64,000 bases of DNA from Patescibacteria group bacterium (GTDB lineage Bacteria > Patescibacteriota > Patescibacteriia > UBA2591 > UBA4787). Shown here piece by piece: positions 61,623-64,000 of this stretch (positions are counted from its first letter, which is position 1; each line of letters begins with the position of its first letter). The stretch spans positions 210,816 to 274,815 of the forward strand of contig JAQUSN010000002.1 in NCBI GenBank assembly GCA_028715115.1, given 5' to 3'. Under the pieces are notes generated by a model. It was not told the origin of the DNA. It worked only from the letters and a program-made list of their open reading frames with translations, and made no database searches. The position numbers were made by a program, and so were the translations under genes.

Positions 61623-62003
61623 ATGGCTCTTCCCATAACGAAAAATCCACCTACGACGATTAGTAGAGGTGACGTCATGAGGCGCCTAAGAGAATCCGGA
61701 AATCCTGTCTGGAGAAGCTTTGTCCTGCCAAGGCGCGAACATCTACGGCCCGATGAGAAACTCCGACTCTTCAGCTTCGCACCGGTTCAAGAGACTCTTC
61801 TGCCGATCCCCTTGTCAGTTGACGAACTGAGAATAGAAGCGATCGAAGGCGACCGGATCATCTTTGCCGATCCGTGGCAAGACGGCATTACGCCAAGACC
61901 CAGTCCGCTGTCCATCGTCGAAATACTCACAGACACAGTCAGGCTGACGCCGGAAGGAGAGTTCACGCTCTATCTGGTACGCCTTGAACGCCCCCGTCAC
62001 TAA
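61623..62003 (+). CDS. Hypothetical protein in GC-rich unit
   Basis: TTGACA-17-TAAAAT at 61574, AAGGAGG, hairpin at 62010-62036. Confidence 0.65.
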   Translation: MALPITKNPPTTISRGDVMRRLRESGNPVWRSFVLPRREHLRPDEKLRLFSFAPVQETLLPIPLSVDELRIEAIEGDRIIFADPWQDGITPRPSPLSIVEILTDTVRLTPEGEFTLYLVRLERPRH

Positions 62004-62056
62004 TCGAAAGCCGGCTCGCGCTATACGCGGGCCGGCAATTAGTTTTTATGAATATT

Positions 62057-62746
62057 TTATCTTTTATTGATTGCCCATAAAAATCCCATCTTCTTGTCAA
62101 ATTGCGAAGGGAAAATTTTCACGCTGAATCCATTACTTCTTAACTTTTCTTCTATTAAGCGATAATCGCGCCAATTATCATTATGATACTCTAAAACCAT
62201 GGCTTCAATTATTTTAAAATCATCTATAGATAAACTATCGATTATCTGATATTCGCCGCCTTCGATATCCATTTTTAACAAACCTATTTCGGTAATTTTA
62301 TTTGCTTGACGCCAATCGCTCAAATTATATATTTTTACCTTTTGAAATTTTTGCTCCGGAGCTGCTTCTTGCTCGGCTAAATGATGATTATGATTATCAG
62401 CTGCTATGACCAATTCCCCTTCTCCACTTTTCTCGCCTATCGCCGCTCTGATTAAATTAATCCGTAAATTATTATCTATATTTATTTTTTCAAGCGCTTT
62501 AAAATTATTTTCTTCCGGCTCGAAGGCGTAAATAAAAACATTCGGGTTTAAGGCCCGACAATATAAACTAAACAGGCCAATGTGGGCTCCGATATCTAAA
62601 ATCGGCGCTTTGGCCTGTTTTATTTTATCTATAGCGCAACGATATTCTTCTATTTTAAATATCTCATTAAAAACACTCTGGTCAACTTCGTCGCGCAATA
62701 ATACTTTAAAATCACATTGATTATAATTTAAGTTAATTAATTGCAT
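62057..62746 (-). CDS. FkbM family methyltransferase
   Basis: ILDIGAHIG, FEPE, LKMDIEGGE, LEYH. Confidence 0.92.
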   Translation of the reverse strand: MQLINLNYNQCDFKVLLRDEVDQSVFNEIFKIEEYRCAIDKIKQAKAPILDIGAHIGLFSLYCRALNPNVFIYAFEPEENNFKALEKINIDNNLRINLIRAAIGEKSGEGELVIAADNHNHHLAEQEAAPEQKFQKVKIYNLSDWRQANKITEIGLLKMDIEGGEYQIIDSLSIDDFKIIEAMVLEYHNDNWRDYRLIEEKLRSNGFSVKIFPSQFDKKMGFLWAINKR

Positions 62747-62747
62747 A

Positions 62748-63653
62748 TTAAGGCTGTAAAGAAGTCTCTGAATCGCCATTAACGGAAATAATCACGCTCT
62801 TTACCGTCGAAAATTGTTTTAGAGTTTCGGTAATTTCCGATCTGATGGCCGCCACTCGGCAAGAGCCGCCGACCTGATTTTGTATCTGCTCATTGAAATC
62901 AATTTTAGCTACACCATTTTCGATTGTCAGACTTTGAATTTCTACTCCCGGATTAATGCTAGTATAATATCCTTGCGTACGCTCAACTGCGGTCGGCCCC
63001 TTCAATAATTCACTAATAGCCGCCCTGGCTACAGCTTCGGTTTTGGGAACTTGCCTGTCAACGACAAAAACTTTATTACAAGAAACCTGCGGATCTAATT
63101 TGTCATTATTAAAATAAACTTTCACGGTCATTGCTTCGGTCGCGGGCGGAAATTGTACCGGCACCTCAAAGCTCTTTCGATTCTGGGGCAATCCGGAAGG
63201 ATTGTCGTTTTGAAAAATTAATTTGCCAGTAGTGGCCAGGCCCTGATCAAAAGTCATTTCACCTTTAAAATGAACAAAATCTTCCGTCATCCAGTCTTCG
63301 GTGGCTTGAACTGGCATCTGAGCCAACAGATTTCCGTTTGCGTCATATAATTTCACCGGAAAGCTGGCCTCAAAAAACCACGTGCCCTTGGCTTGGCCTT
63401 CAAGCAACAACGGACTGCTGATGATAGCATTGGGCTGCGGCGAAGTAACGATAATCTCGCTTTCAATTGGCGGTGGGATTTGGCCAGGGCAAGGCGTAGT
63501 CGGCATAAGTGTTGAAGGCGCCCCATGTTTAACCCATTGGCCATTTTGGCAAAGCCAAGCATCTTCAGACCCACTAAATATTCTGACCACTATAAATAGT
63601 AAAATAGCTAAACCAAGGATAAATAATGAGAATAATAATTTTTTATTTTTCAT
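62748..63653 (-). CDS. Gmad2 plus GerMN domain protein
   Basis: WFFEASFPV, ELLKGPT, GGSCRVAAIRSEITETLKQF. Confidence 0.9.
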   Translation of the reverse strand: MKNKKLLFSLFILGLAILLFIVVRIFSGSEDAWLCQNGQWVKHGAPSTLMPTTPCPGQIPPPIESEIIVTSPQPNAIISSPLLLEGQAKGTWFFEASFPVKLYDANGNLLAQMPVQATEDWMTEDFVHFKGEMTFDQGLATTGKLIFQNDNPSGLPQNRKSFEVPVQFPPATEAMTVKVYFNNDKLDPQVSCNKVFVVDRQVPKTEAVARAAISELLKGPTAVERTQGYYTSINPGVEIQSLTIENGVAKIDFNEQIQNQVGGSCRVAAIRSEITETLKQFSTVKSVIISVNGDSETSLQP

Positions 63654-63675
63654 AATTAAAATAACGAAGAAACAA

Positions 63676-64000
63676 CTAAAATTCTTCGCACTTCAACTGA
63701 TAAAACGATTGGGCATGATCACATGATGGACATTTTGCCGGAGGCTGAGTGCCAAAGTGAGCATAACCGCATTCACGGCAAACCCACCAAACCTCCTTGT
63801 CTTTCTTAAAAATCTTACCGGCTTCCAATTGTTCTAAAATCTTTTTATATCTTTCTTCGTGGTGCTGCTCGGCCTTGGCAATAGACCTTAACCTCATGGC
63901 AATCTCTTTTAAACCTTCTTTTTCGGCTAAATCGGCAAATTCAGGATACATTTTTGTATACTCGTGATTTTCTCCGCCGATCGCCGCCTTTAGATTCTCG
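63676..64000 (-). CDS. Rubrerythrin (5' end outside window)
   Basis: GGENHE...MYPEFA...AEQHH, WVCRECGY...CPSC. Confidence 0.92.
   Translation of the reverse strand, partial: ENLKAAIGGENHEYTKMYPEFADLAEKEGLKEIAMRLRSIAKAEQHHEERYKKILEQLEAGKIFKKDKEVWWVCRECGYAHFGTQPPAKCPSCDHAQSFYQLKCEEF

Noticed and set aside
143-63726. Many short track ORFs antisense to or inside long genes (e.g. 3663, 8051, 10650, 15146, 44503, 57139, 63382)
   Set aside because: Shadow ORFs of well-supported genes, with no expression signals

Overview
AT-rich bacterial chromosome segment with standard code 11 (TGA, TAG and TAA all used as stops) and almost all genes on the minus strand. Gene content and style (VirD4/TraD-like ATPase, pilin-LamG fusion, GerMN/Gmad2, ATP-cone nuclease, short uvrC and dnaX, AT-rich leaders without Shine-Dalgarno) point to Patescibacteria (CPR); this placement is inference. 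Housekeeping genes include polX, ppdK, uppP, typA, hisS, a MacAB-like ABC exporter, dnaX, dnaJ, uvrBAC, and tRNA-His, -Gln and -Glu. Main finding: downstream of the tRNA-His 3' end (about 14.2-29.9 kb), 10-11 direct copies of a ~30-bp motif (TGGGGTcncyTATGCAAGrAyGTTAGAACC) separate 0.4-4 kb modules of 1-3 genes. The motif starts with the reverse complement of the tRNA-His 3' end. Copies are intact next to the tRNA and increasingly degenerate, and interrupted by tiny palindromes, further away. Several modules carry their promoter in a conserved arm next to the repeat, and some take their stop codon from the repeat. This looks like a tRNA-anchored, integron-like cassette array with no integrase in the window. 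Also present: about a dozen GC-rich autonomous mini transcription units, two candidate structured ncRNAs (37.1-37.7 kb and 61.2-61.5 kb), an amber-interrupted pyrF, a frameshifted exonuclease, and a tRNA-Gln with a 12-bp acceptor-stem extension. All calls were made by eye; no searches were run.
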